Translations under genes and position numbers: made by a program
Shown here: positions 26,859-40,719 of the stretch, one piece after another
Layout: each line of letters starts with the position of its first letter
How positions within the stretch are numbered: position 1 is the first letter of the stretch
Assembly: GCA_951406725.2 (NCBI GenBank)
Contig: OX597828.1
Location: forward strand, 68,758,001-68,822,000
Origin: Octopus vulgaris
Lineage: Eukaryota
Direction: 5' to 3'
Length of the DNA: 64,000 nt
The notes under the pieces: model-generated
Databases searched by the model: none
What the model was told of the DNA's origin: nothing
The model's input: only the letters and a program-made list of their open reading frames with translations

Positions 26859-27920
26859 GTAAGTAGCACATTTTTAATCTCTTATTTACAATGATATTTA
26901 GACTATAGAAATTATGTGGATTATCTTAGTCTAAACTGGATTTGTCCATTGTCTGTTCTTGATATTTACCCATTCTAAATTCAGCTAAGAATCAAGTCTA
27001 CTTGTTGAAAATGTTTTTCCGAGCTTGGTCTGACGTAAAAACTGGATAATTTCATTAGGATTGTTCGGATAAACTCCTTAACGGTTGTTTTGTTCTAAGT
27101 ATGCAACAAGACAGAAAGTCTTCAGACGACATTTCAGATTTTCAGATAATCTGTTTAGAGCATTCTTCTGGCTCTTGATGCACATAAGAACGAGATCAGT
27201 ACAGCCTACGTGATCACCAACCAAAACACGTTGACTATTATTGGTATTAGTCTTGAAGAGAAAATAACAATAGCAATTCATTTCATCAAGCTAGATTTCT
27301 CAAAGTAATTTAATTGTTGTGAGAAGGATACTTCACTTGAATTAAAATTGATCTCTGATCTATTATGTGCAAAGAATCGCCATTCCTTGTTTCTTTACTT
27401 AAATTATTCGCTTATCTTTCATATTCCTTGGAGTACAACACATCTAAACGCTAGAATGTCCATTTATTTTCAGAAAGAAACCTTTTAGCAAATAAGTTTG
27501 TAATACTAACCATTATTTGTGTTGTGTAATAATGAATGTACCCAATTAAAGAATCAATTCTTTTGGAAAATAAAAAAGATAACATACACTATACTGATGG
27601 TATCGAGGGAAGAACTTTAGAAATGAAGAGCAGAGTCGGTACTCTGTTGAAAAGTGTTCGCACTTAAACCGGATTTATGGCTTGGGGGATATCTTATCAA
27701 TATTAAAATATTGGGGATATTTATCAAGAGCCGAGATAAATAGTAAGTATTCTATATTTTAATTTAGATTTCCGAAAGGTATACTGCTTTTAGAAACCCA
27801 CAAAAGTCATAGTATTTGAATTCCCATGTATTTGTGTAACAAAAGAATGTTTTAAAAATAATTCAGTATGTTATATATGCCTAAATCTCGTTTCTTTCCT
27901 CGCCTTTAATACTTGGACAG

Positions 27921-27923
27921 CTG
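27921..27923 (+). CDS. Micro-exon 3 (3 nt, CTG = L)
   Basis: tttctttcctcgcctttaatacttggacAG|CTG|GTGAGT. Confidence 0.65.
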
Positions 27924-29744
27924 GTGAGTACACATACACAAGCACATTCAACATTATTTCGCATGATATTAAAGTAAATAGAAATGCATAAGTTTAGCAA
28001 GAATTAATGTGCATCTTATTTTCAATGTAGGCTACGTTCGTTGCATGCTTTTTTTAATGCACGGTTTCAGTGTGTAAATTATATCCACAACATAAGAAGC
28101 TTACATTGAATGCATTATTTAAAAAAGTTGTCGAAAACATTTAATGATTGTGTTATTCTGAATTCTTTAGGAAACTTATCCGAAATTTTTTATTCTGATT
28201 CCACAAAACCGTTTTTTTAAACCTAGTTCTTCATGCAGCCTATGTAGCATCGCTAGATCTCCGGTTTCGCTTCGAATGCTTATCGTTGCCTCCTCCCTCT
28301 GACTTTCTTTTTACGTTCCTCCTCCTCCTCCTCCTCCTCCACCACCACCACCACCACCACCACCTTCTTCTAAAAATCCCACTTCTCAAAAAATCAAATC
28401 GAACCGATTTAATTTCTCAGTTCATTTCGGTGCTTGCGAGGAACAAGATGATGGACATGCCACAAATCCGGCTAATTACAGGATTTACCTAGCGTTAATT
28501 CCATCACGTTGTCTTTCGAGGCTAATTAAACCTAAGGTCGCCTCTCTTCAAAAATTCCTGGCTGTCAGTTTTTTTAAACTGATCGATTCATAAAGCAACA
28601 CCAACAAAATACGTTCAGAATTTTCAGCTGTGGTCACTTGCTTGAACAATCATACGAAATACTAATATCAGTCGATAAATTTGACCGCAGTAGTTGACTG
28701 CTACTTCTGTCAACTCCAGAAGACAGAAAAGCAAAGTTGATCTCAGTGTGATTGGAAATCAAAATTAAATACTTTAAAACAAGAATGAAACACTATAGAA
28801 CAGTTTGTTTGGTACTCTACTGATTCTACTAATTCACCAACTCTTTCCAGTTCATTTAACCGGATCATATTCTTCCTTCACTTTGCCGCATAAATTTGAG
28901 GCGCAGAGTCTAGTATAAAGTGGCCAATATATGTGTGAGGGGGAATTTACGAAAAAAAATCAAAAGACGAAGACAGGTGGTGTACAAAACAAACAGATGT
29001 ATTAGTATAACGCTCAGAAATAGAAAAAGTCTTTTACGTTTCGAGCCTACGCTCTTCTACAGAAAGGGGCACAGAAAAAAACAAGGAGAGAAACAAGGAG
29101 AGAAAAAAAAGGAGAGAATATATGTGTAAGTAGTTTAATGGAATGGTCAAAAACAATTAATTGGATCATAGAACTAATTCGAAGTTGGCTTTTCACTGAA
29201 CAGGTTGATGGAAAATAAGAAAGGCAAATTCGAATTTTTAAATGCCTTAGCAACAGAATTCAATATAAAATACATAGATTTTTATTTTTCTCTGTGCTTG
29301 TTACATACATTTTCTGTCCCCATGTGTTCCGTTAACCTGTACACACAAACACGCACGCGCGCGTGCACTAACACGCATATTGTATGTGTATGTGCTTTTT
29401 TTGTGCGCGTGTGAAATATTCGAGCGATGTACAAAGTTATTTTTTTTTCTTCTATAAAAACCTAACGACACCGGATCAGAAATATCATTCGTGTGCTATA
29501 AAGTTAGCATCATTATTCTGTATAATTTATATACACACACACACGCATATCTTTGTATGTGTGCGCGCGTGTAGGAGTGCATTAAAGTACATCATGCATG
29601 AACACGATCAAACATGAACTGAGAAGGCAATCAGTACACACACGAAGAGAATATGTCACATGAATGTTGTACAAACAGTTTGATATTTTTTTTAATGTTA
29701 TGCTTACTATTCAGGCTATGCATTGGCTATATTTATCGGTTCAA

Positions 29745-30069
29745 AGGCGGCAGCGAGCTGGCAGAAACGTTAGCACGCTGGGCGAAATGCTTAGCGGTAT
29801 TTCGTCTGCCGTTACGTTCTGAGTTCAAATTCCGCCGAGGTCGACTTTGCCTTTCATCCTTTCGGGGTCGATAAATAAAGTACCAGTTTCGCACTGGGGT
29901 CGATGTAATCGACTTAATACCTATGTCTGTCCTTGTTTGTCCCCTCTGTGTTTAGCCCTTTGTGGTTAATAAAGAAATAGGTATTTCGTCTGCCGTTACG
30001 TATTGAGTTCAAATTCCGCCGAGGTCGACTTTGCCTTTCATCCTTTCGGGGTCGATAAATTAGGTACCA
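29745..30069 (+). mobile_element. SINE-A, full copy plus partial tandem repeat
   Basis: GGCGGCAGCGAGCTGGCAGAAACGTTAG head, B-box, core twice. Confidence 0.88.
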
Positions 30070-30176
30070 GTGCATGTACTTGGCATGCATATATGTACAC
30101 ACACTTCCCTATCTGTGTATTTGAAGTTAGTGCGTATGCTACTTTTGGTTCTCACTCTTTGTCTGCTCTCTCTCTG

Positions 30177-30217
<41 letters not shown>

Positions 30218-31038
30218 TATGTTCACTGTTTACGCCACATATACGGCACGTTTACTCTACATATATGTTGCATGCTTGCTTCTTAACGAGTGTGATTTAA
30301 TCTTTTCCTGGCTTCAAAGCTGTATAGTTTTGAGGCATGTTTTGAAATTATTACCTTTTCATAGTGTTATGCATGAAATAATCATGATAATAACCATTTA
30401 TATTTCAACATTTAAATGCATATGAAAAAAAAAGTGTTTATTCTCTAGCTCTAGTGTACACGATACTAAATATTTTACCTTGTATCACCGTATATATAAA
30501 AAAAAGATGAAGGTTTTTTTCTTTTCTTTTTAAGAAGCCATAATTGAATAAATATAAAATTTATTCAAAATTATGTCGAGTCTTGATAAATCTTGTGAAA
30601 ATTAAATTCATTTGAAAGAGTACATTATTTACATTATTTACATTTGACGGATATTTGTCCTCATATTGTTTGTTGTTAACACGTTTCGGCTGATATACCC
30701 TCCAGCCTTCATCAGGTGTTTTGGGGAAATTTCTAACCTGGGTTTTTATTCCTAAGTTATTTTTGTATGCATACATGTTCGTGTGTGTGTGTATGTTGCC
30801 CGTATATCAACAAAACACTTTTTTCCGCGATGGAAAAAAAAGACAACAAAAGTCTTAACAGAAACACAACACATACGCACACACACATACACATATATAC
30901 AAGACATACGCACACACTGACGCCTATGTAAGTGTATGTCAACCAGCAACTGGAACCAATTGGAGCACTACTATTAGGGTGATTGCTAGTCGGTTCATAT
31001 AATATTTAATTACGCCATTTTCCACGTGTTTTGCGAAG

Positions 31039-31068
31039 AAAATGGCCGAACAACGTGACCAAACTTGG
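31039..31068 (+). CDS. Small exon 4 (30 nt, KMAEQRDQTW)
   Basis: ccattttccacgtgttttgcgaAG|AAAATGGCCGAACAACGTGACCAAACTTGG|GTAAGT; strong donor, weaker AAG acceptor with about 48 nt free of AG upstream. Confidence 0.6.
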
Positions 31069-31126
31069 GTAAGTTTCGATGTTTTATCGCTAAAAAAATT
31101 CAAATAATTTATGAACCAACTCTTCA

Positions 31127-31178
<52 letters not shown>

Positions 31179-31566
31179 CTGTAATGTTTGATATTTCTAA
31201 CTATATCCATTTGTGATATGCTTATATCACTTGCAGTCTTGTCTTACAGTGTTAGTACTTCATCAAAATTTAATGATCTTTTTCTTTGGGGAATTCTAAA
31301 CATTATGGACGTATTTTCTGCTCGTTTTCCTATCAAACTCTGTTTTATGGTGTCTAGTGTAGTGTGTTGCGGTTGTACCTGGTTTTAAAGACATGGTAGA
31401 CATACGAGAGACTGTTGCACTTGTCTGGCCAATGTAACAGTTGGAATCATGAAGTTTGTAACTTTCGCTATTTCTGACAAATTTATGTTTATATACTTGT
31501 GATGTGTTCTTAATAATGAGGTTGGTTATATGTTGTGCAATCTAATAAGTACTTTATAAACATAAT

Positions 31567-31608
<42 letters not shown>

Positions 31609-32207
31609 CATGCGCCTCACGCTCAGCTCCATATTATTTAAAATTTCGTTGATGTAGAATGCACTGGTATCCTCAAATATACGGAGTTGGGGTGAAGCAA
31701 ATCAGAAATTTAGAACGATGAGAATATTTTGGCATCAATTGATCTGTTCATGTCCCATGGAAACTTTGGCTAATCGATTCACGCAAACTTATGTTTTCCT
31801 TGCTAAATGATACCACTAAATGGTTACCGCGCTCAAGCATAAAATCCTAGGCACTCCAACTATCCCACGACTTGATACTAGCAAACTGTCTGCTCTACGT
31901 TATAGAGCATATAACAGAATCAACTGATGGCAGTGTCCAACCAAATATCCACGTGGCCTGAACTAAGTAATGGAGGCCCAAATATTCTCACTTAGAATCC
32001 ATTTTTTTTTATTTCTTAAGATTTCTTTCCCATATATCTAACGATATGGATGCATTCGACGCCTAGGCCAAACTGTTATTAAACGTGTATATAAGGCTAT
32101 CATAATTACTAAAGCAAGAATGAAATTATAAATTAATTTAAATTACTGTGATGTCATTCAATGAATATGTATATATTCTTTCTTTCCTTCCACGCTTCCG
32201 TTAACAG

Positions 32208-32216
32208 CATTGTCAG
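32208..32216 (+). CDS. Micro-exon 5 (9 nt, CATTGTCAG = H-C-Q)
   Basis: ttctttctttccttccacgcttccgttaacAG|CATTGTCAG|GTATGT. Confidence 0.72.
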
Positions 32217-32412
32217 GTATGTATTCTAATCTATTCATTCTTACGATGTATTTCAAGCAAGAATTTGGTAGAGTCGTTAGAGAGTATTTGTTCCGGACAC
32301 CTTCCGCTCTGATTTCAAGTTCCGCCTTTGCTGCTTTTGCATAATTTTGATGTCGATGTATAAACTACCAATCATGTATTGGGGTCGATCTTTCTCTCTC
32401 TCTGTGTCTGTC

Positions 32413-32445
<33 letters not shown>

Positions 32446-32448
32446 GTA

Positions 32449-32479
<31 letters not shown>

Positions 32480-32904
32480 ATCTCTCTTTCTCTCTCTCTC
32501 TCTCTGCTATTGTTGACAAATAGTTTAATGTACAGTATAACTGCAGAAGGTCAGTGGAAAACGAGGAAAATTCCTTAGCACGTTCATAGTGCAAAGAAAT
32601 ACGGAATTCTAGTTTGTCGACCTGATAATATTTGAAAGGAAGTTACATTTAGAGAAATAAAATTTCAGTATATCTTATTGTATATTATATCTCGTCATTT
32701 ATTTCAGCGTTCAGTCCCCCAACTTCTTAAATGACAGCTAAGTTAATTATACTTATTAAATAATATAATTAAAAATACTAAATTAGAAATTATTGTTCTG
32801 TGATTAGTCACTAACTAATACAATTTTCTTTGAGTAGTAATTTGTTCTGATTTCATCGGCAAATCATTTCCTTCAGAAACCATACTTACCAAAATACTTT
32901 CGAA

Positions 32905-33110
32905 TTTTGACTCAAGGCCTACCAATTCAGGGTAGGGGGATAAATCGATTATATCGACGCCAGATTTCAATGGATATTTATTTTATCGACTCCGAAAGGA
33001 TGAAAAGCAAAGTTGACTTCGGCGGGATTTTAACTCAGAAATTGAAGACGAACGAAATCCCGCGAATAATTTTGTCCGGCGTGCTAACGATTCTGTCAGC
33101 TCGCCTCCTT
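32905..33110 (-). mobile_element. SINE-A (diverged)
   Basis: Reverse complement of the family A head and core. Confidence 0.75.
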
Positions 33111-34014
33111 AAATGAGCAAATGATATTGTAAACTTTTTGGTATCAACATTGAAAACTGTTCCTTTCACATCATAGCCCTTAGCTGGTTGTAGACTGAAT
33201 ATCACTTTTCATGTTCGAATCAACGTTTTCATCGCTTTTAGGTCGATAAAACAAACACCAGAAGTGAACTTAAAATACTTTAATTAAATTATATATCTCA
33301 CACTTAACAATGTTCATTTTTTGAGACTTTTTAAAAAATAAATTAATATAGCTCCTTACATTATGGTACTCCCTGTGGAACACTGTACAATAGCCGCTAA
33401 ATTTCCACCGAACTGAAACTGTGAACGCGATGCAATTTAGAATTTCGCTCGATGCAATGTCTCTTCAGTCGAGAATACCTGAATGTTTCACCCTCCAAAA
33501 TTTTTGCCTAGAAATACAGACTATTTGTACTAATTTAAAAAATATTAATAAAACACAAACGAATCAATTTTAAATCTTATTTTGACTTACATCGAACGTA
33601 AGCAAACGAATAAATCTCGGACAAATTTCTGTTTCCAATTTAACTCGAAATATATTTTTCTTCGCTTAAACCGTGGAAAAGAAGATCCCATAGTTACAAT
33701 CTGAAACTTTTCTAAAAACATACAACTTAATGGCTACATTTATGCAAACATTCTATACTCTTAAATTGATTTCAAGCATTGGACTACTGCCATGATGCTG
33801 TTGAGCGAAGCGGTCTTCGTCCTCTTGGGAAAGACTTTAGTCAATCCCAATATATATTTGATTCTGGGGATATTTTGTGAATGTTTGTCGAACTGTAAAG
33901 TTACAGTTTTCACGTAGAAATAAGCAACTCTACACAAGTTTACTCTGAAAACCATAAATATATACGCTTGCAAACACACTTATTCATAGACACGTACGTA
34001 CATGCGTGTATGCG

Positions 34015-34116
34015 TATGTATGTATGTATGTATGTATGTATGTATGTATGTATGTATGTATGTATGTATGTATGTATGTATGTATGTATGTATGTATGTA
34101 TGTACGTACGTACGTA

Positions 34117-34149
<33 letters not shown>

Positions 34150-34193
34150 ATGTATGTATGTATGTATGTATGTATGTACGTACGTACGTACGT

Positions 34194-34233
<40 letters not shown>

Positions 34234-34400
34234 ATGTATGTATGTATGTACGTACGTATGTATGTATGTATGTATGTGTATGTATGTATGTATGTGTGCG
34301 TATGTATGTATGTATGTATGTATGTATGTATGTATGTACGTATGTATGTATGTATGTATGTATGTATGTATGTATGTATGTATGTGTATGTATGTATGTA

Positions 34401-34431
<31 letters not shown>

Positions 34432-34470
34432 GTATGTATGTATGTATGTATGTATGTATGTATGTATGTA

Positions 34471-34507
<37 letters not shown>

Positions 34508-34510
34508 GTG
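34015..34510. repeat. (TATG)n/(TG)n microsatellite
   Basis: Direct inspection. Confidence 0.97.
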
Positions 34511-34860
34511 TTCGTATCGAGTCATTTATTGTGTTAGATAGAAAGTCAGTTTGGTGGATTATGCAATGCGAAATGGCTGCCGTAATATGGCGGATATCAG
34601 GAGTATGCAGATGAAAGGGAGTGAAATATTTCAACCAGTAATGAACAAGCCCTCCAAATACAACTTGTCGTGGGGCCTAATTCTCCTTGTACATCGGATG
34701 TCCAAATATACACTTATTGAACATTAATCTGATGAAATGAAAAAAAGCTGCTCCAGTTAAATTGTCATTTTCTGTTGTTTAAAAGAATTTAAGATTTTGA
34801 TTTTTTAAATTCTATTTTCTCATTTTCAATTTTGATTTTCTTTTCTTTTTGCCTCCTTAG

Positions 34861-34872
34861 GATGATTTTCGG
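34861..34872 (+). CDS. Micro-exon 6 (12 nt, GATGATTTTCGG = D-D-F-R)
   Basis: ttttcttttctttttgcctccttAG|GATGATTTTCGG|GTAAGT. Confidence 0.8.
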
Positions 34873-35288
34873 GTAAGTAACCATTTGATATGATATATTA
34901 TTACTATTATGAACACAAGATATCTATACATTTCTATACATATCTATACATGTGTGTGTGTGTGTGCGTCTGTGTATAAATCTAAATATTGGAAAAAATT
35001 AAATACTAATTTATACCTGTGACCAGCAGTATAAATTATACGGGGATAAATTAATATTTAATTTTTGCCCTATATTTAGATTTAAATACTCTAGATTCTA
35101 AGAGTCGGCTAATTCACTGGTAAATATTAATTCACCGCTGTTTTACTCTGGCTTTGGCGCGTTGCCTGTGGGACATTTGAATCGAATTCCTCGATATCAA
35201 AAGATATAAATTCAATATGCAGTGTGTCTTGTCTGATTTCTCTGATACGGTACGTATTCGAGTTTTTATATTATATATGCCCATTGCA

Positions 35289-35385
35289 ATTTTCGCTGAT
35301 GAGCCATATATGCTTTTGATTAATTAATTAATTAGTGTATTGAATTAGTGTATCGAATTAAGGGCGAAACTTGAAGTACGGGAAT
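35289..35385 (+). ncRNA. Hammerhead ribozyme motif (type I, long AT-rich stem II loop)
   Basis: attttcg-CTGATGA-gcc...ggc-GAAA-cttgaag-TA-cgggaat: stem I attttcg/cgggaat, GUA cleavage triplet. Confidence 0.65.
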
Positions 35386-35546
35386 GACTAATCATTTTTG
35401 AATTCTCTCAAATTGTCCTGTCCGTCTACATTTAACGTGCTAAAGCAAGAGTAGTTTTTTTCGTGGCTCGAGATTTAACTTCCATTTCTTGCGAATTGGA
35501 AAACCACTTAGTAGCTTTTCACTTCGTGTATAACTTTTATACATAC

Positions 35547-35641
<95 letters not shown>

Positions 35642-35660
35642 GTATGTATGTATGTATGTG

Positions 35661-35714
<54 letters not shown>

Positions 35715-36829
35715 CGCCATGATAGATCGTTAGCTACTACACACATTTTTTTTCTCCCCTTTTCTTTTCTCCTTGTTTTTTCTGTGTCCCTTTCTGTAGA
35801 AGAGCGTAGGCTCGAAACGTAAAAGACATTTTCTATTCCTGAGCGTTATACTTATACATCTGTTTGTTTTGTACACCACCTGTCTTTTGTTTTTTTCGTA
35901 AACTCTCCCTCTCTCTCTCTGTATATATATATAGGTGTGTGTATAAGAGAAATGTGTCACGGCAAACATTCAGTGCTTATCTCCCTTTCCCCGAGGATCT
36001 TCTCATCTTTCCCATTTGTTTTCGTTTCTGTTTCAACATTTTAATAAGACTAACTGGGAGAAATCTTTGAAAAATGCACGTAAACAAAATTATTATTTTT
36101 AGAAATGCCAGTCTGTTTTTCTCACAATCTGTCTGTCTTACTTCGGATTTGCACAATCGCCTTGGTAATTTCTGGATTTGAAAACTGCTTTATTAGAAGA
36201 TTGATTTAATGGGAGAGGGGGGCCGATGGAGAGAGAGAGAGTGGGAGGCTATCAGTGTTTGAAGTTGCTACATATGTCATAGTGTTGTACCATTAAATGT
36301 TTTGGCATCATTTCGGCTAGACAATCTTCATCGACAACGTTTGACCTTTTTATGAAACATAAATATCATTGGCCAATAAGGTAGGCAAATAAAAATAACC
36401 GAGATAAAATGTTATTCTAGGAAATTTCTCCGAGTTCGTGTTTATCTCTTGCAATAATGATTACCATCTTTATAATAAAAATCTTTTCCAGAAGGGACGA
36501 TACGTTTAATAGGTATTATAGGAAACAGCTAGAGACACTGGACGCACACAACACGTGCACGTAAATTTCAATCACACACGCACACACACATTGCATATAT
36601 ATTTACTCACATACTTACACACACACATATATAGGCACAGACTATGACTATACCAGGGGTTCTATTTCTGCACCGGTACACTGTGTCCTTGTGCAATGCA
36701 CTTAATTTCTCGCTGTTCGTTGCACCAGTGTACTCAGCTGAATTCAGTAACCAGATGAATACAAGCATATGTCTCTCTTGTCCACCGGCTATCACATTCT
36801 TGATGTTCCGCTGGGAAATGAGCCGCAGC

Positions 36830-36882
<53 letters not shown>

Positions 36883-36883
36883 A

Positions 36884-37115
36884 AAGGCGGCGAACTGGCA
36901 GAAACGTTAGCACGCCGGGCGAAATGCGTAGCTGTATTTCGTCTGCCATTACGTTCTGAGTTCGAATTCCGCCGAGGTCAACTTTGCCTTTCATCCTTTC
37001 GGGGTCGATAAATAAAGTACCAATAACGCACTGGGGTCGATGTAATCGACTTAATCCGTTTGTCTGTCCTTGTTTGTTCCCTCTATGTTTAGCCCCTTGT
37101 GGGTAGTAAAGAAAT
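36884..37115 (+). mobile_element. SINE-A, full length
   Basis: A/B boxes, core and tail; follows (AG)n. Confidence 0.9.
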
Positions 37116-38261
37116 ACATACAAACATAGAACACAGTGTGGATCAATTATTAAAATTAATCGTAGCTAACGATTAATTAATAAATGATGTAAAAGTGAAC
37201 TGTGGTATGAGAAGTTTAAAACCTAGTAAGATCTAGAGTTTCTCAGGAAGTGAGCAAATGGTCTAAGTAGTAGGATCAAGTAGACATGATGAAGTAAGAG
37301 AATTTATATTGCAAATTTGATAGTAGATATGATGGGTTTGTTAATTTAGTAGTAGCAATAAAGTATTTCTTAATTTGAAGACTTTTTATTTCGAGTATGG
37401 CCACATCTTTAAAACGTTATTAAGTGAATGAAGCCGCCTATTATTTCTTCATCTATTTCTACTACTTGTTGGCAATTCTGGGTGTTTCTTGTGTATATTT
37501 AACCTTCCCCGCAAACCCCCTTACTCAAAATAATTATATAATAATCAATAAGATTTTGTTCCTAACAATGGAAGCATATTTTTTTTTGTTTCTTCTCATA
37601 AAATCGATTACTTAGATGTAAAGACGTTGGATTAGATGAATTTCTCAGGAACTTTTCTTCCTATTTTGCTATTCTATTATCCTTAATATAATTTTTTTAT
37701 CATTTTCTATTTATCTAGTTAAAATTCTTTTAACCTTTTTGATTTATCTTAAACATTCTTTAGAATAAAAATTTCCGCATCTTTGGCGACAATTTAAGTG
37801 GCTTTCTTCAAAATGATGTTATATGTTTTTTTCTGTTTTAGAATAAAATTATGAAAATATAAATAGACTCATACACACAGACTTGTAGCGTACAAATGTA
37901 CGTATGTATGTGTGTTTGTCCTTATTACATTTTTATGCGCCATCAGTATTCGTACGTTTTTTAATCTCACATAAGACATTCCACCCTCAAACCAAACCTA
38001 CTAATATATATATACATACATACCGTCTTCATCACGGATTTTCCAATCACGATTCAAGAATTGTATCTCTCTGCTTAAAGGGATCAAGTTTCGCCATTCA
38101 TTCATTCATTCATTGATAGTTGCATACTTTTCAGGCATTTAAACTTATTTGAAACAATTAAGAAGCATTTTACTATAATATCACGAAGTAAATGGCACCG
38201 AAATTGCTACTGTATGAAGAAATAGTGCATAATAGCATATATACAATGAAAAAGGGTCATG

Positions 38262-38472
38262 ACTACTACTACTACTACTACTACTAGTACTACTACTATG
38301 ACGACGACTACGACTACTACTACTACTACTAAAAAATAATAATAACAATAACAACAACAACAACAACAACAACAACAATAATAATAATAACAATAATAAT
38401 AGTAATAATAATAATAATAATAATAACAATAATAATAATAATGATAATGATAATAATAATAATTATAATAAT

Positions 38473-38564
<92 letters not shown>

Positions 38565-38575
38565 TAATAATAATC
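38262..38575. repeat. (ACT)n/(AAT)n/(AAC)n trinucleotide array
   Basis: Direct inspection. Confidence 0.95.
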
Positions 38576-38864
38576 CTAGGTATATAATTTCCATAATACA
38601 AGCTGTTTCAGAATACATACATGCAAGAATTTATGTAAAAACCTCCATTTTAAGACATTTTGAAATTAGAATACTTTTACTAGAAATTGACTGCATTTAT
38701 CTTTTCGGAATCTCTAATACAAATGATAATTCAGTGATACCATCCCGTTTTTCAAAAGCAATTGTTGTAGTCACATATTTAATGCATTAAAATAGCAATT
38801 CGGTGAGGGGAAATTCAATAGTACAAAAGCATGCCCGGCATTCCCTTTCGTACATGTTGTAATG

Positions 38865-38920
<56 letters not shown>

Positions 38921-38934
38921 AAAAAAGGCAATAA

Positions 38935-39530
38935 TGATCCTTTCTACTAAATGCACAAGCCCAGAAATTTTGGAGGGAGGGTTAAGTCGATTACATCGAC
39001 CCCTGAACTCAGCTGGTACTTAATTTATGGACCCCCGAAAGGATGAAAGCAAAGTCAACCTCGGCGGAATTAGAACTCAGAACATAAAGACAGGCGAAAT
39101 GCAGCTAAGCATTTTGCCTGGCGTTCTAGCTATTCTGCCAGCTTGCCGCCTTGATAATAATAATAGTATAATAATAATAATAATGATAATAATAATAATC
39201 CTTTCTACTATAGGCACAAGGCCTGACATTTTTGGGGAGGGAACTAGTCGATTACATCGATATCAGTGCGTAACTGGTACTTAATTTATCGATCCCGAAA
39301 AGATGAAAGGCAAAGTCGACCTCGGCGGAATTTGAACTCAGAACATAACGGCAGACGAAATACATATTTTCTTACTACCCACAAAGGGCTAAACACAGCG
39401 GGGACAAACAAGGACAGACAAGCGGATTAAGTCGATTACATCGACCCCCAGTGCGTAACTGGTATTTAATTTATCGACCCCGAAAGGATGAAAGGCAAAG
39501 TCGACCTCGGCGGAAATTGAACTCAGAACG
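38935..39530 (-). mobile_element. Three tandem SINE-A copies
   Basis: GAAAGGATGAAAGGCAAAGTCGACCTCGGCGGAAT-like motif three times. Confidence 0.88.
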
Positions 39531-40114
39531 TGAAATTACCTCTTATAACTGATATTTACTCTTTTCTTTCACGACATGTAAAATCTCGTGAAAGCTTCGA
39601 AGTTGTCTGAAACCAAAGCATTACTCGCAAATAACGAGTTCGAATCCAACTTGCAGCTAAGTTTTTGTTGCTTAGCTCCAAAGTAACGTTCATTGAGCAG
39701 GTCTATGTTTAGCAGTGTACCGTGCAAGAGGATGTCATACTTTTTTAATGCTTAAATGAACTAAGCTAACATCATCATGTGGAAACATAATTATCCTTCA
39801 TCTCTAATCAACAAATATCAAACTTAAAAAAGGATTTTCCATTTTCTAAGATCGTAGAGTATGATTTGAGGAAAAGTGGATGAGACAGCTGTGTAGAAAC
39901 CCCATCTTTGGTTCATGTAACAGTTTGTGTTTAGCTGAGATAGGCTCAGACTTAAATGTAACCATCGCAGAAACAGCGTAGCTAGAATTACATTAAAGGT
40001 GATTTGACATCTATTTCTAGTAGGCTAAGCGAAGAATTAGAGGTGCAGTCATTTGTTATATTTTACAAGAAACCTACTAATATTGCTTTTTATTTTATTT
40101 TTTCTTAATTTCAG

Positions 40115-40129
40115 AACTGTCCAGAAGGG
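40115..40129 (+). CDS. Micro-exon 7 (15 nt, AACTGTCCAGAAGGG = N-C-P-E-G)
   Basis: ttttattttattttttcttaatttcAG|AACTGTCCAGAAGGG|GTAAGT. Confidence 0.8.
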
Positions 40130-40234
40130 GTAAGTAAAATATATATTTCTTCACTTCTTTCAGATATCTTTTATAGTTTTGTAATAATTGTACTTCTTCC
40201 TACTTTCTATTTCTCTTTAGCTCTACTCCTTTTC

Positions 40235-40297
<63 letters not shown>

Positions 40298-40504
40298 GTG
40301 CACACACAGACAGACACACACACACACACACACACACATCACACCACTGTATCGACCAGATGCAGACTATCTGATGTCATACATCGCTGGATCATAACGT
40401 GCTTGCAGTTCTTTCTTGATTGCATTATTCTTGTCCATCTTGGGCCTAAATTATTTAATTAAATAGGCTTTCCATCTTCGAGGAGGCCTTCCGAGTTATC
40501 TTTT

Positions 40505-40719
40505 CTTATTTCTTTATTGCTCACAGGGGGCTAAACATAGAGGGGACAATAAAGTCGATTACAACGACCCCAGTGCATAACTGGTACTTATTTAATCGAC
40601 CCCGAAAGGAAGAAAGGCAAAGTCGACCTCGGCGGAATTTGAACTCAGAACATAACGGCGGACGAAATACCGCTAAACATTTCGCCTGGCGTGCTAACGT
40701 TTCTGCCAGCTCACCGCCT
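40505..40719 (-). mobile_element. SINE-A
   Basis: Full reverse-complement copy. Confidence 0.88.

Noticed and set aside
27768-27778. AG|ATTTCCGAAAG|GTATAC (11 nt)
   Set aside because: Weak donor and not 3n
34978-35085. AT-rich hairpin about 100 nt after micro-exon 6 (similar small IRs near 6640-6735, 51988-52130, 62778-62897 and 63895-63942)
   Set aside because: Most likely small MITE, Penelope or Helitron relics; no evidence for miRNA or a regulatory role
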